DNA from: Trichosphaerium sp. ATCC 40318
Taxonomy: Eukaryota > Protista > Tubulinea
DNA: 35,887 nt
Reading direction: 5' to 3'
NCBI GenBank assembly: GCA_038496445.1
Contig: JALMLS010000396.1
Location: forward strand, 1-35,887
Shown: one piece after another, positions 21,257-32,276 of the stretch
Numbering within the stretch: the first letter of the stretch is position 1
How the letters are laid out: the number at the start of each line of letters is the position of its first letter
Notes under the pieces: generated by a model
The model's input: the letters and a program-made list of their open reading frames with translations, nothing else
The model's database searches: none
Told to the model about the DNA's origin: nothing
Position numbers and translations under genes: made by a program

Positions 21257-23183
21257 ATGGACGATCATGTAATTTCTTATCATTTTAATGGTTTAGGTAA
21301 GTAAGCTACGTTGCAGATGAGTAGTTTATGCTATAGAATCATGAAAGTGAGTGCTGGTGAGCGAGTAGTTTTTGCAGATGGAGGACTTTAGGAGTAGTTA
21401 TGAACTTAGAAGCTAAGAGAATAGTATCTTAGTTTTCGGACGAGATATAGTATTCAAATAGGTGATTTTTTATTTTGAACTGGTAAAGTTTTAAATGTGA
21501 ACGTTGCGCGTATAAAAGTGGTTTTATAGGTGATGGTTTAGTCAATCTTTAGTTGTTAAAAAATATATAAATTGTAGTGGGTTGTAGTTTTTGATTCTAT
21601 AGAGAGTTATTCTGAGTATGATGGACTAATTGATGATTTGGCGAAAAATTTTTAGAGTTTTAAGGAATGGGAATATATTACATGGGATTCTTATCTTTAT
21701 AGGAGAAGAATAAGCATATAGTAAATACTGTAATATTATTCAAAGTACAAATGGTTTATTGCTGGTAATTTAGTTTTACCTTTATAATGCAAACTCAACA
21801 AACAAAAGAAATTTGCCTTTATTTTGTTTGTTGGAAATCTATTAGGTCAGTTTGGTAGTAAAGAAATTGTACATCAATAAAAATAGATTTTTACAATACA
21901 TAAGGATCCAAAATTTTACAGATTACAAACAATGTGAAACATCATAATTATTATTATCAGCAAGTTAATTTAAATATGTTGAGAAAAAAGCTCCAGGATT
22001 ATAAGAAGAACATCAATAGCTCAAGCTTTGGAAACTGTGTTAAAGCAATAGATTCTATGTACCAATAGGAAAAGTCAAAGGGAATTAGTTTTGGGAGATA
22101 GACAGACAGAAAAACAGCAATTTGTTTAGATACATAATACATCAAAGTAGAGAATTTAGAAGAAAAAGCCAAGATTTGGTGCAGTAAATGTATTTTTAAT
22201 GCTATTTATGTAGCTATAGGTCAAAAAATGTCAACGTTAAAAGAATAGCATGTTATTAAAAATGAAAAATTGTTGAAGAATGTAACTTTAATATGTTCAA
22301 CTGCAAGTTCAGCAATGGTTATCAATATTTAGCTCCTTATGTAGTACATCTATAGGAGAATATTGAAGAGAATTGGGTATGGATGCTTTAATTATATATG
22401 ATGATTTAAGTAAGCATGCTAATATTTATAGCAAATATCTCTTTTATTGGGTCGTCCTCCAGGACGAGAAGCTTATCCTGGGATGTTTTTTATTTGCATT
22501 CTCGTTTATTAGAAAGATCCGCAAAATTAGTGAATCTTGGGCTGTATGGCGTTGTGGTTTAACGCGCTATGAAAATGAGAACATGTGTAGAGAGATTAGG
22601 AGAACTTTAACAGCGTTACCTATAGCAGAAACTATAGAAGAGATGTATCAGCTTATATACCAACAAACTTAATTTCTATTACGATGGACAAATTGTTTTA
22701 GATACAAACTTGTTTAAAAAAGGGTAAGACCTGCTGTTAATTTAGGTTATCTGTAAGTAGGGTAGGTCAATGGCTCAAAGTAAAATGATGAATATTTAGC
22801 AAAAGATTTAAAATTAGAATTGGCTCAATTTCGTGAGTTGAAGATTTTGCTAAATTTGATCGTCTTTAGATGAGGCTACCTTAAATTTAATAATAGAGGT
22901 CAAAGATTAATACAAATGATGTTCAAAAAAATAAAATGCCGATGCAACAGATCATCAGTTGTTATCTTTGTTTGCAGCATCTGAAGTTTTTTAGATAATA
23001 TTGCTGTAAATAAGTAGCTACTTTTGAAAATATTATGCATAAAGTAAGTATAGAAACAGTATATTTGGTAGAAATTGGTTTAAGATAATATAAGAAAACG
23101 TCAGTAAAGTTAAATGTAAAAAAATTAAATGCTTTTTTGAAGAGTTTGCAGATTGTTTTGTTTTAATTTAAAAAATTAGTTAA
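21257..23183 (+). CDS. atp1: ATP synthase F1 alpha subunit (cryptogene, large internal insertion)
   Basis: Reconstructed [88 protein letters not shown]. Confidence 0.97.
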
Positions 23184-23186
23184 AGT

Positions 23187-24362
23187 ATGTTGCTAAAGCA
23201 GAATCTACGGGGAAAGAGGTCTTTAAGCGTGTAAAGCCGCATGTAACAATAGAACTATAGGGCACGTAGATCATGGTAAACAACGTTAACATCAGCAATA
23301 ACTCAGGTATTATCGTTTTATACAGAACTAAAATTTTAATTATGATGAAATTGATAAAACTCCAGAAGAAAGGCGCGTGGGATTACTATAAACGCATTAC
23401 ATGTGAATATGAAACGGAAACAGACATTATACACATGTTGATTGCCCAGGACATCAGATTTTATGAAGAATATGATAATAGGAGCAATCCAGATGACGGA
23501 GTTATTTTAGTAGTAGCTTGACAGATGGTCCTCAAGAACAAACAAGGGACATATAATATTAATAAGTCAAGTAGGTATTAAAAATTTGGTGCTTTTTTTA
23601 ATAAATTAGATGCTATATTGACCCGAATTTAAAAGATTTAGTATCTTTGGAAACTTAGAGCTTTTAGAAACTTATGTTATGAAGATGTACCTTTCTCTGT
23701 GGGATCGGCGCATGAGCTATGAACGAAGTGGAAGAAAAGGGTTTTTCAGAAAATGGCATAAAAGTGTAAAAGAATTAATGCGCTAATAGATGAAAAAATA
23801 CCTTTACAGTTAGAAATAAAGATGATCGTTTATAATGCCTATAGAAGATGTTTATACAATTCAGGTCGAGGTACTGTAGTATCGGATGCATAGAACAAGG
23901 TATTGTAAAAAGTGTCAAGATTTGGAATTGGTAGGTTCTGATGTAATAAAAACAACATGTTACGTGTAGAAATGTTTCATAAATAATGAACGATGCTATG
24001 GCGGGTGAAAATGTTGGGTTTTAATAAAAGTGTAAAAAGAAAACAAGTTATACGAGAATGGTTTTATGTGATTTAAAAGCGTTGTGCCTAAAAATGAATT
24101 TAGAGCGCAGTCTATATTTTGACAAGAAAAGAGGGAGGAAGAAAAAACCATTTAGTTCTGTTTTCAACCTCAATTTTTTTTTAGAACATCTAATGTTACG
24201 GGACAATAAAGGTTTTAAATGAGGATGAAGTAATTTTACCTGGGCAAATGAAAAAATAGAGTAAAGTTGATGTCTAAAGTTGCGTTAAATGAAAATTACA
24301 ATTTACAATAAGAGAAGGACAAATACAGTAGGTAAGGAAAAATAATAGAAATAATTAAGTAA
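23187..24362 (+). CDS. tufA: Elongation factor Tu (cryptogene)
   Basis: Reconstructed [30 protein letters not shown][K/R]ARGITIN, RHYTHVDCPGH, QMDGVILVV, NKLD, SGRGTVV, FTIREG. Confidence 0.97.
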
Positions 24363-24370
24363 AATCAGTT

Positions 24371-25480
24371 ATGTGGAAAAGTAATAAATTACAAAAGTAG
24401 CATATGAGTTTGGATTGGTTATAGAGCACATCTAATTTAAGTTATAATTGAAGTTATGGTGGGTAGCGTTAATTTTTTTATTAATTCAATATTAACGGGT
24501 GTATTATTAGCGGCAATATATACGCAGGTGATTTTGAAGGTCTTTAAATGTAATTATGCGTGAAGTTTACGAAGGTGATGATTAAGATTAGCTCATGTAC
24601 ATGGTGCTGTATGTTTTTTTTTGTTGTTTATATTCATATGCTAAGGGGATTGTTTATAGTTCTTATTTATATCCTAGACACATTTATGAATGTCAGGAGT
24701 ATTAGTATTGTTAGTAATGTATTTACTGCTTTATTAGTTATATTTTACCTTGAGTCAAATGAGCTATTGAGCTACCATTATTATATTATATCTAATAGAT
24801 GTTTTCCAGGGTGAAAGAAGAAATTTTTCCTTTTGTTATGGGAGGTTTTCTTTTAGTCATGAAATGTTATACAGATGTTTTAGTTTACATTATTTTTTTA
24901 GCTTTTTTTTATTAGGTTTAGTTTTGTGCATTTAATTTTATTACATGAAACTGGTCGACAAATAATACAGAGGAGATGGATTTATAGATTCGGTAGCTTT
25001 GGTGTATATTTTTTAATAAAAGATTTATATGTGTTTTTTTAGTTATAGGTGTTTATGGTTATATGTATTTTCATGATCTTATGCAACATGTATGAAAATA
25101 TGATTTTGGCAAACATTATGTGACGCCAAGATTAATAAAACCAGAATGTATTTTTTGCCTTTTTATGTATGATAAAATTGGTTTATAATAAAAATTTAGG
25201 TTGTTACATTTAGCTTGTGCCATAGGTTGTTTGTTAGGCTTGGTTTTTTGGGCCGTAGTGAATTGAAAGGGTTTATTTTGATATTATAGGAAAAACATAT
25301 GTATGTTTTTAGCTTGTAACTTAGTTGATTTAGCGTATGTTCGGGTGAAACTATGCGTTATCCTTGATCTTGTAATTTAATGAAAGCTTAATTATTTATT
25401 ATTTAGGTTTTTAGTTTTATATATAGTATGTAGTAGATCATGATCTACTATAATAATTAAAATATTAAAAAGTAAAATAA
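24371..25480 (+). CDS. cob: Apocytochrome b (cryptogene)
   Basis: Reconstructed PSNLSYNWSYG, YIHMLRGL, GYILPWGQMSYWA, KPEWYFLPFY. 3' end approximate. Confidence 0.96.
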
Positions 25481-25656
25481 TAAATAATATTCCTTTTTTT
25501 TTAGAAAAATTATTTAAAAAAACTAAAATAGTGCTTTTAAATAATTTTTATGTATTTAGCGAATCTGTTCAATGAACTTTAGAAGATTTTAGAGAACAAT
25601 TAGAGTTAGATTTTGCTATGTTTAATGATTATCTTGAAAAAAAAAAAAAAAAATAA

Positions 25657-26406
25657 ATGAGAACAGTTTAAAATATACTGTTAAAAAGTTTAGCAATTAG
25701 AAGTAGATTAACAGGACAAATACATCATATGTGAGGTTAAATCCATCAGGCAATTTGTGCTAGATCTAGTATTAGATATTTGAAGAGAATATCGGATCAA
25801 AATGCTAATATAGGTTCGTATATAGAATAGATATTATTATCCAAGAAAAGAGAGAAAAAAACGTAGGAGTATTTCGTACGTTTACAACGTTTATTATTAT
25901 TTTATAATTTCTTACGCATAGGCGTATAAGCGATATGATAAGAAAGCAAGGCCAAATCGGAAAGTGTAGTTGGTCAAATTCTAAATTTTTAGAATGTCGA
26001 TTGGGGGTAGTGTATTTAGATTAAATATTGTGGATACTATGTATGATTCACGAAGTTTTTATCTTGTGGTTTTTATTATTAAATGGTGTAGTATAAGGCA
26101 TCCAAATTATACAGTAAGATTATATAAATGTTAAGTTTAAATTATGAGGACAAAAATTATTTACATGTAAATTAATTTTAAGTTGCAGCGTTTACGTTGT
26201 TTGGTTGTTGATTTACTTTAATGTACCAATTTTTATCTTTTTGATTTTAGTATGTGATGTTTTTATTTAATAAGTACCCTAAACGGAAAGTGTCGTGTAT
26301 CCACTTGTAGTTTAGATTTTAACATAGAAGAACATATAATAGTTCCGTAAAAAAACAGAGCGGAAGATTTTCATATAAGAATATTTAGAGTTTACAATAT
26401 AAATAA
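25657..26406 (+). CDS. rps4: Ribosomal protein S4 (cryptogene)
   Basis: Reconstructed LECRLGVVVFRLNIVDTMYDSRSFISCG..LNGVVIRHPNYTV fits the S4 RNA-binding domain. N-terminal DLTG. Confidence 0.8.
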
Positions 26407-26410
26407 AAAA

Positions 26411-27009
26411 ATGTTTGATATTTTATTAATTTTAGTTTTATTAAACTTATTTTAGGGGATTTAGCTATGTTGCAGTTATTGAGTCGTTTACATCATAGAA
26501 GCAGAAGGTAAGAAGGAAACTACACAATTGAGGGAATGTTTAGGCTATATCTTAATTATTAGAAAGTGTAACTTCTGGTTGAGTATATTTTTAAAGTATT
26601 TAAAGAACTTTATGAAAAAAAATTAAAAATTGATTTTTAATTTTTTGCTTAATAGTGTAGAAAAAGGTAAGAACTAGAAAAAGAAAAATTAATTTTAATT
26701 TTTCTACCAAGGTAACGTTTTTATTAAAAAAAATTTTAAATAGTATATTTAAGTTTTTTTTAATAAATTGCAAAATAATAATTTGTAAATATATTTTTGC
26801 GTTATGGCTTTATAAAAAGATTTGTGTTATAAGCATGTATTTGTACATTATACAAAAAACGTTTGGATTGATTAGATATTGAAGAGAGTGAGCTCTTGAA
26901 TGAGCTGGTTTTTATGCCGTTGATTCTTTTATAATAAGATAATGACATTGATAAGAGTTTATCTGATTGATTACATATATATCCACGTGGGTATATAGAT
27001 GGTTATTAG
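26411..27009 (+). CDS. rps2: Probable ribosomal protein S2 (cryptogene)
   Basis: N-terminal GYILIIR and C-terminal LNEAG....D.DID...IDYIYP resemble the S2 motifs YIxxxR and EAxxLxIP..DTN..IDYxIP. Confidence 0.5.
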
Positions 27010-27184
27010 TACGACGAGGCTTAGTCCTATAGGTAGACGTAGAGAGGGTAGGGTTATTGAAGAATTAATTTTGGTTGGTAAAGCGTCGTTATGTAAATTT
27101 TAGGAGTCTTTTTATTTGGATTTAGTTACTTTTGTGGGAAAGTAATTGTTGGATCGCTCTAAGTTATTTAGGTGCCAAAAATAA
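26999..27184 (+). CDS. rps16: Possible ribosomal protein S16 (cryptogene, short)
   Basis: RREGRVIEEL (cf. RDGRxIExLG) followed by YVNF..L..W. Weak similarity. Confidence 0.4.
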
Positions 27185-27186
27185 GG

Positions 27187-27633
27187 ATGATAATTATCGT
27201 AAAGTAGAAATAATTTTGTGCATTATATTTGGTTAATAGGTATGGGAACCAACGTTGAGATAAAAGAAAATAGTATATTATGAATATTGAGTAAATAAAT
27301 TAATGCAGTGAAAAGACAGCCTCATATTTTAAGTTCGAATATACTTATGTTATGTTTTGTATGGTGTTCCTATATTAATAGATTATTAGGTGAATTTAGA
27401 AAAAGAAGCGAAAAATGAAACTTAAATATTTTTGAGTATAAAAAGTAGAGTAATAAAATAGTTGAGAAAGATTTATAAAAAATAGAAAGTATATTCTTGG
27501 GAATTAATTTTTATGTATGGTCCTGATGGTATAGAGATGTAAAAAAACAAAATATAGGAAGGGAAAGAAAGATTGGGAAAGCTATCTGCAGAAGAAAAAA
27601 AATTAGCTGAATATGATACAAAAATTTGAGTAA
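27187..27633 (+). CDS. rpl6: Probable ribosomal protein L6 (cryptogene)
   Basis: YIWLIGMGTNVEIKENSI.MNIG (cf. LxLxGVGYRA....LxLxLG) and C-terminal GIR......RKGKK. Confidence 0.6.
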
Positions 27634-27634
27634 T

Positions 27635-27945
27635 ATGAAAGTGAAATTAAGAAGATTACGCTTTTATTTATTTAAGTTTTTTTTTTTATTATTCGTCTTT
27701 TGAAAATATTTTAAGTTGAGTGCATTATGTAAAGATATTTTTGTGAGAAATAATTAAAACATGTTGATTTATGCGTAATATGAGATATATACTATAAGAT
27801 ATTGACTTAGTTATAGGATATAAGACTTTTATTTATGAGATTTTTTTTTAAAAGTATGGTGGAATATATTTTGTAAAATTAGAAGATTTAAGAATCGTAT
27901 ATATTGTTGATAAAAAATATATTTCTTTACTTTTATTTTTTTTTA
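27635..27945 (+). CDS. Unidentified frameshifted reading frame downstream of rpl6
   Basis: ATG immediately after the rpl6 stop and coding-strand base skew. No recognisable motif. Confidence 0.3.
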
Positions 27946-28090
27946 AAGTTATATTGACATATTATAATATTAAAGGGTATTATAAAGATATTTTTTTTTA
28001 TATTACTAATACCTTCTTATATTATATATTTTTTAATTAGATCAAAAAAAAAAATAAAAGAAATAAATAAAAAAAAAGTTAAAAAAGTAA

Positions 28091-28302
28091 AAGAAGTAAA
28101 ACAAAAAATAAAAAAAATAAAAAAAGAAGTAAAACAAAAAATAAAAAAAATAACGAGAGTAATAAAAGAAAAAAAGAGTATATTAAAAAAAAAATATATT
28201 TTTTTTATTTATTTCTTTCGTTATTTTTGAAAAAAAAAGAGTATAATAAAAAAAATATATTTTTTTTATTTATTTCTTTCGTTATTTCTGAAAAAAAAAG
28301 AG
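28091..28302. repeat. Two adjacent tandem duplications (~33 bp and ~62 bp periods) in an A-rich spacer
   Basis: aagaagtaaaacaaaaaataaaaaaaataa occurs twice. gagtata...aatatattttttttatttatttctttcgttattt occurs twice. Confidence 0.85.
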
Positions 28303-28364
28303 CAAAAATTAAAATACAGTTTAAATGTATTAAATATAAGCATCATGAGTAGCTTAAATTTATT

Positions 28365-28462
28365 AAATAAGGTTAAAAAAAAGAAAAATATTATACCCTT
28401 TGATCATTATTTTAAAATAATGATCAAAGGGTATAATATTTTTCTTTTTTTTAACCTTATTT
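28365..28462. repeat. 98-bp perfect palindrome (mirror 597..694)
   Basis: Centre gatcattatttt|aaaataatgatc. Confidence 0.95.
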
Positions 28463-28504
28463 TTTTTTTTTTCTTTTTTTTAGAAAAAGAAAAAAAAAAT
28501 GAGG

Positions 28505-28604
28505 TTTTTTTTAATAAGGTGTTTTATGTTTTCAGTGCTTTTATTCTTCTTAAATTTAAGAAGAATAAAAGCACTGAAAACATAAAACACCTTATTAAAA
28601 AAAA
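28505..28604. repeat. 100-bp perfect palindrome (mirror 454..553)
   Basis: Centre ttcttcttaaa|tttaagaagaa. Confidence 0.95.
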
Positions 28605-29255
28605 GGAAAAACTCATAAAAGAAAAAATAAAAAAGAAAAAAAAACATAGTTATGTATATATATTAAATTTAAAAAAAGAAATAAAGCAAGCATAGAACGT
28701 AAAAAAAGTAAAAAAGAATTATATACTTGAGTTTGCGTATAGTACATTTTTATTGTGTGGATACTATTTTTAACTGTGTAAAAAGTCTTTATGGCGTCGA
28801 ATCTTGATACAGATATCAAATTAAACAGGCTAATCTTTGAGAAGACCCCTGTTGTGTGTATAAATACAGTTTCTATGATGATATATATCAAATCTTATTT
28901 AAATACCAAAAACTTTAAGTTTTTTGCGTATAAATGTTTAAATTTATGTATAAATGTGTAGCTGCATTATTAAAAACCTTGGTTATAGGTATGTTGCTAA
29001 ATTAAAAGTGTTTTTAATTTTATATTTATTTTAAAAGAATATTATTGTTAAGTATAAAAGGTGTAAGGCATTCAGTAATAGAAATAGGATATCAAAAAGA
29101 AAAGAAATATAGAGCATGGGAAAATAGCTGGTTGAACAGAAATAGAAATAAAAAATAGATTAAGGAAGCTTGGGAAAAGGAAGTTAAGGTTACCTATATT
29201 AAAAAAGCTGAGGAAATATCTATGAGGAGCTTTATAAAAAAGCAATGGATGAAGG

Positions 29256-29636
29256 ATGATAAAGATTATTTATAAATTATCGCAGCGCATGGTCATCCAG
29301 GAACTTTATGAAAATGACTCAAATAGATTATTGGGCAGATACAAAAAGAGAAAAGATAAGAAACAGAAAAAAAGAGAAAAAAGAAAAAAAGTGATAGTAA
29401 AAATATTGTCTTTTTTTTTTAAATCTATTAATTTTATATTTTTTAATTTTATAAAATTAATATTTTTATGTTTAAATAGATTTGATTTGTATGATTATTT
29501 ATTTTTTAATTTAGAAAAAAAAATGAAAAATAAAATAAAAAGATTTGAGCAAAGAAAAAAGAAAAAAGTAATATCTAAAGAAGAAAAAGAACAACTCGAA
29601 TGAGAATTAGCTGTATCAGGTAAAATTGAAGAGTAA
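29256..29636 (+). CDS. Orphan ORF segment (Lys-rich / hydrophobic / Lys-Glu-rich), probably part of a longer edited frame ~29080-29880
   Basis: Track ORF 29256..29603 extends to the TAA at 29634-36 when TGA=Trp. Coding-like sequence continues on both sides in other frames. Confidence 0.45.
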
Positions 29637-29890
29637 AAATGGATTATTTGATAATAAGGTAGAATTTTTTTCCTGAGTCCATACAAAATGCAACATTTTT
29701 ATTTGAAGAAGAATTGAAAAAAAAATGAAATAATATTAAATTTAAAAAATTAAAATTAAATAAATTTTTCTGGGAAGAAGAATATCATTTAAAAAAAAAG
29801 AGAATAGAAAATTGGTGAGGTTGGGATTATTATTATTTCAACAAAGAGGAAATAATTTTAAAGGTTTATTTAAAAAAGAAATAAGAAAAG

Positions 29891-29958
29891 AAAAAAAATA
29901 AATAAAAGAATAGAGGTATTAAACGTTTAATACCTCTATTCTTTTATTTATTTTTTTT
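29891..29958. repeat. 68-bp perfect palindrome
   Basis: Centre gaggtattaaac|gtttaatacctc. Confidence 0.95.
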
Positions 29959-30061
29959 AGTATAAGTATTTTATATCAAGTAAAGTATCAAATTTTTGAA
30001 ACTTTTTAATTAAATTATTTAAATTTTTTAATTACTTTAGTGTTAAGCTTATATAGTTTTA

Positions 30062-30211
30062 TATTAAGGAGAAAAGAAGATCCTTTTATAGAGGTCACTA
30101 AACTTACTTTTATCCATATATCGCTCACGTCTTGAATTCAAGACGTGAGCGATATATGGATAAAAGTAAGTTTAGTGACCTCTATAAAAGGATCTTCTTT
30201 TCTCCTTAATA
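30062..30211. repeat. 150-bp perfect palindrome
   Basis: Centre cacgtcttgaa|ttcaagacgtg. Confidence 0.96.
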
Positions 30212-32208
30212 CAAAGAAATAAAGAAAATTTAATAAAAGCATTTGAGAAAGTGACAATTTGTTAAAAAATTGAAAAAAGAAGGCAAGAAGAAGATTTAGA
30301 TTTAGAAAATTATACGTTTCTAGAAAAATGAAGTATGAAATGATAAATAAAGTGGGTTTGTATTTTGGTGGATCATATGGACCTTCAGTCAGGTTTATGA
30401 AAATATCTATTATATAGGGAGAATGTGAAGGAGTTTGATCACAGAGATGATTGAATGAGGAAATAAAAAAATATATATCTTTAGTTTTTTGCAGGTAGGT
30501 CTTGCTTTTAAGGTAGTAAAAAAGAAAATCCGATGAGTGACTTGAACAGACTGTTGGCAACAGTTTAGGCCAAAGATAAATACTAAAAATTATAATATAG
30601 GAAACGTGGATTTCCAATTAATCAATTTATACAAGGTTATAATTGGGGGGACTTTTAGTGCATTGAGAAACTATGGGCGTAATAATTTTGAGGTATACAT
30701 GATTATGTTTACATATACAAAATATGTTGGATTCTTTAGTGATGTAAACTTTAAAACAAAAATAGGGGAATCAAGAGAGCTGATGTATTTTCTATTCGTT
30801 TAAAGATCGTTTTAAAAGTTTGTATTTCTTAATTTATTAAATTTGATAAAAGACAAGATGTTTATTTTTTTTTAATAAAGTAAGAGTAGTTTTAATAGAC
30901 AGGGTGATTTTTTGTACTGCAAAATATATATTTTATGAAGATATTGCATTTTTAAAAGAGATAATTTTCGAAGTAAAAGGATGAGTGATCTGGGGAATTT
31001 TACTTCGAACTAGACAAACAAAATCAAGGTACTCTTATGATATTCAAGAATTGCATAGAGATTTTTTTTTTAAGCGTCGGTTGATCTTTATAAGTTTTTT
31101 GCGTTTGCTTAGAGGAAGAAGTTCGTATTTGAATGAATGGGGTGATTTGGTAGGGAAGTTGCAAGACCTAAACTTTGGAATGTTTACATAGTGATTCTTC
31201 GAATCAAATTTTAGTATACATCCTTTACTTATGACTCGTTGATTTTGTCAAATAGTGTTACGATTTAGTATATAAACAGAATTAAGATTTAATATATTAT
31301 CTTTTGGGAATGAATTTTACCTTATTTAGATAGTGTTATTTTGATAATTTTGAAGCGTTTAAATGTTGTATTTTTGTAGTAATGAAAATTTTTTGTTGGT
31401 GCATCGTTGAGTTTACCAGATTTTTGACGTTATGAGTCTTGTTTGATATATATAAAATTGGTCAAATAAGTGGTTATAAAAGTGTTTACATAGATAATTT
31501 TTGAGTATTAAGGGGAAACCTAATTGTTGAAGTATCAAGTAAGTGTTAAAGTTTGTTTTTTTTTAATATAAAAGAATATATAAAAAACGTAGTTAAGTAA
31601 TGTTTATGATAAATAATTTTTATCATTGTGAGATGTAGTGTTTGAGCAAATTTGTTTTAATATTTTTATGGAAGAGGAGTAAAAAAAAGTATGTGCGGTT
31701 TAGAACTAAAGTCTACGAGGTTGTTATACAACAGTAGCATTATATATATAGGTATTGATGTACACAGTAGCCATTTAGTGAAATTTTTGGATTAAATATT
31801 TGTTTTTTCTGTAAGGTTTGTTTGTGAGAGGTATGTTATTGTTTTTAAACATGGAGGTAATCTAGTACCCATTTAAAGTTTTTATTTTTTTTTTTAGTTT
31901 TTTTCTCGGACTTTTTTTTAAATTATTGTTATTTTTATTTTTAATTTTTTTATTTTTATATTTTTTTTATTTATATATAAAGTTCTAAAAACTATAATAA
32001 AGTTAAGTTATAATATGAGTTTATAGATTATATTGCGATATTACTAAAAATAATACGTTAGGTGGTTTGTTGCAATGTTAGAAAAAAAAAGTGAAATTAT
32101 GAAAAGTATTATTTTTTTAAGATAATTATTGTGTAAATAGTGGATTTAATGTTAAATAAGTTCTATAATATTAAGTCGACTATGAGGTCAAGTTATTCAT
32201 GTGTAATA

Positions 32209-32276
32209 ATTTTAAATGGTTAGATATAAAATTCAAATTTGGAGGAATTTGAATTTTATATCTAACCATTTAAAAT
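32209..32276. repeat. Hairpin, 31-bp arms, 6-nt loop
   Basis: attttaaatggttagatataaaattcaaatt tggagg aatttgaattttatatctaaccatttaaaat. Confidence 0.94.

Larger units (their letters stand above)
1..29051. repeat. Giant perfect inverted repeat/palindrome: 1-14528 is the reverse complement of 14529-29051, no spacer
   Basis: Centre reads ...cttttaagataccta|taggtatcttaaaag.... Mirrored ORF-track pairs sum to 29057 (e.g. 6385..6684- / 22373..22672+). Only a few indels/substitutions differ, concentrated in the first ~300 bp of the contig. Confidence 0.98.

Noticed and set aside
23187-24362. Plastid/apicoplast or bacterial endosymbiont origin suggested by tufA
   Set aside because: tufA is flanked by cob, cox3, atp6, atp8 and atp1 with a divergent mitochondrial-type SSU rRNA and edited tRNAs.
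21257-25480. Myxomycete-type C-insertion or kinetoplastid U-insertion editing
   Set aside because: Invariant residues (GKT Gly, QMDG Asp, PEWY Trp, GKTT Thr) require G or A. Inserting C or U gives the wrong amino acids.
18983-27633. Frameshifts as long-read homopolymer sequencing errors
   Set aside because: Single G to GG sites dominate while long A/T runs survive. Sites match in both arms where I checked and in both tRNA-Leu paralogues. Palindrome arms match exactly, and a 660-nt ORF is intact. Not fully excluded without raw reads.
16254-27633. Decayed pseudogenes / NUMT
   Set aside because: Indels are consistent with -1 only and are fairly evenly spaced. Catalytic motifs are intact, and the reconstructed frames showed no substitution-derived nonsense codons. 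Gene packing is tight.
18983-27633. Programmed ribosomal frameshifting as the explanation
   Set aside because: The same one-base deficits occur in tRNA stems and rRNA motifs, and dozens of shifts per gene are implausible.
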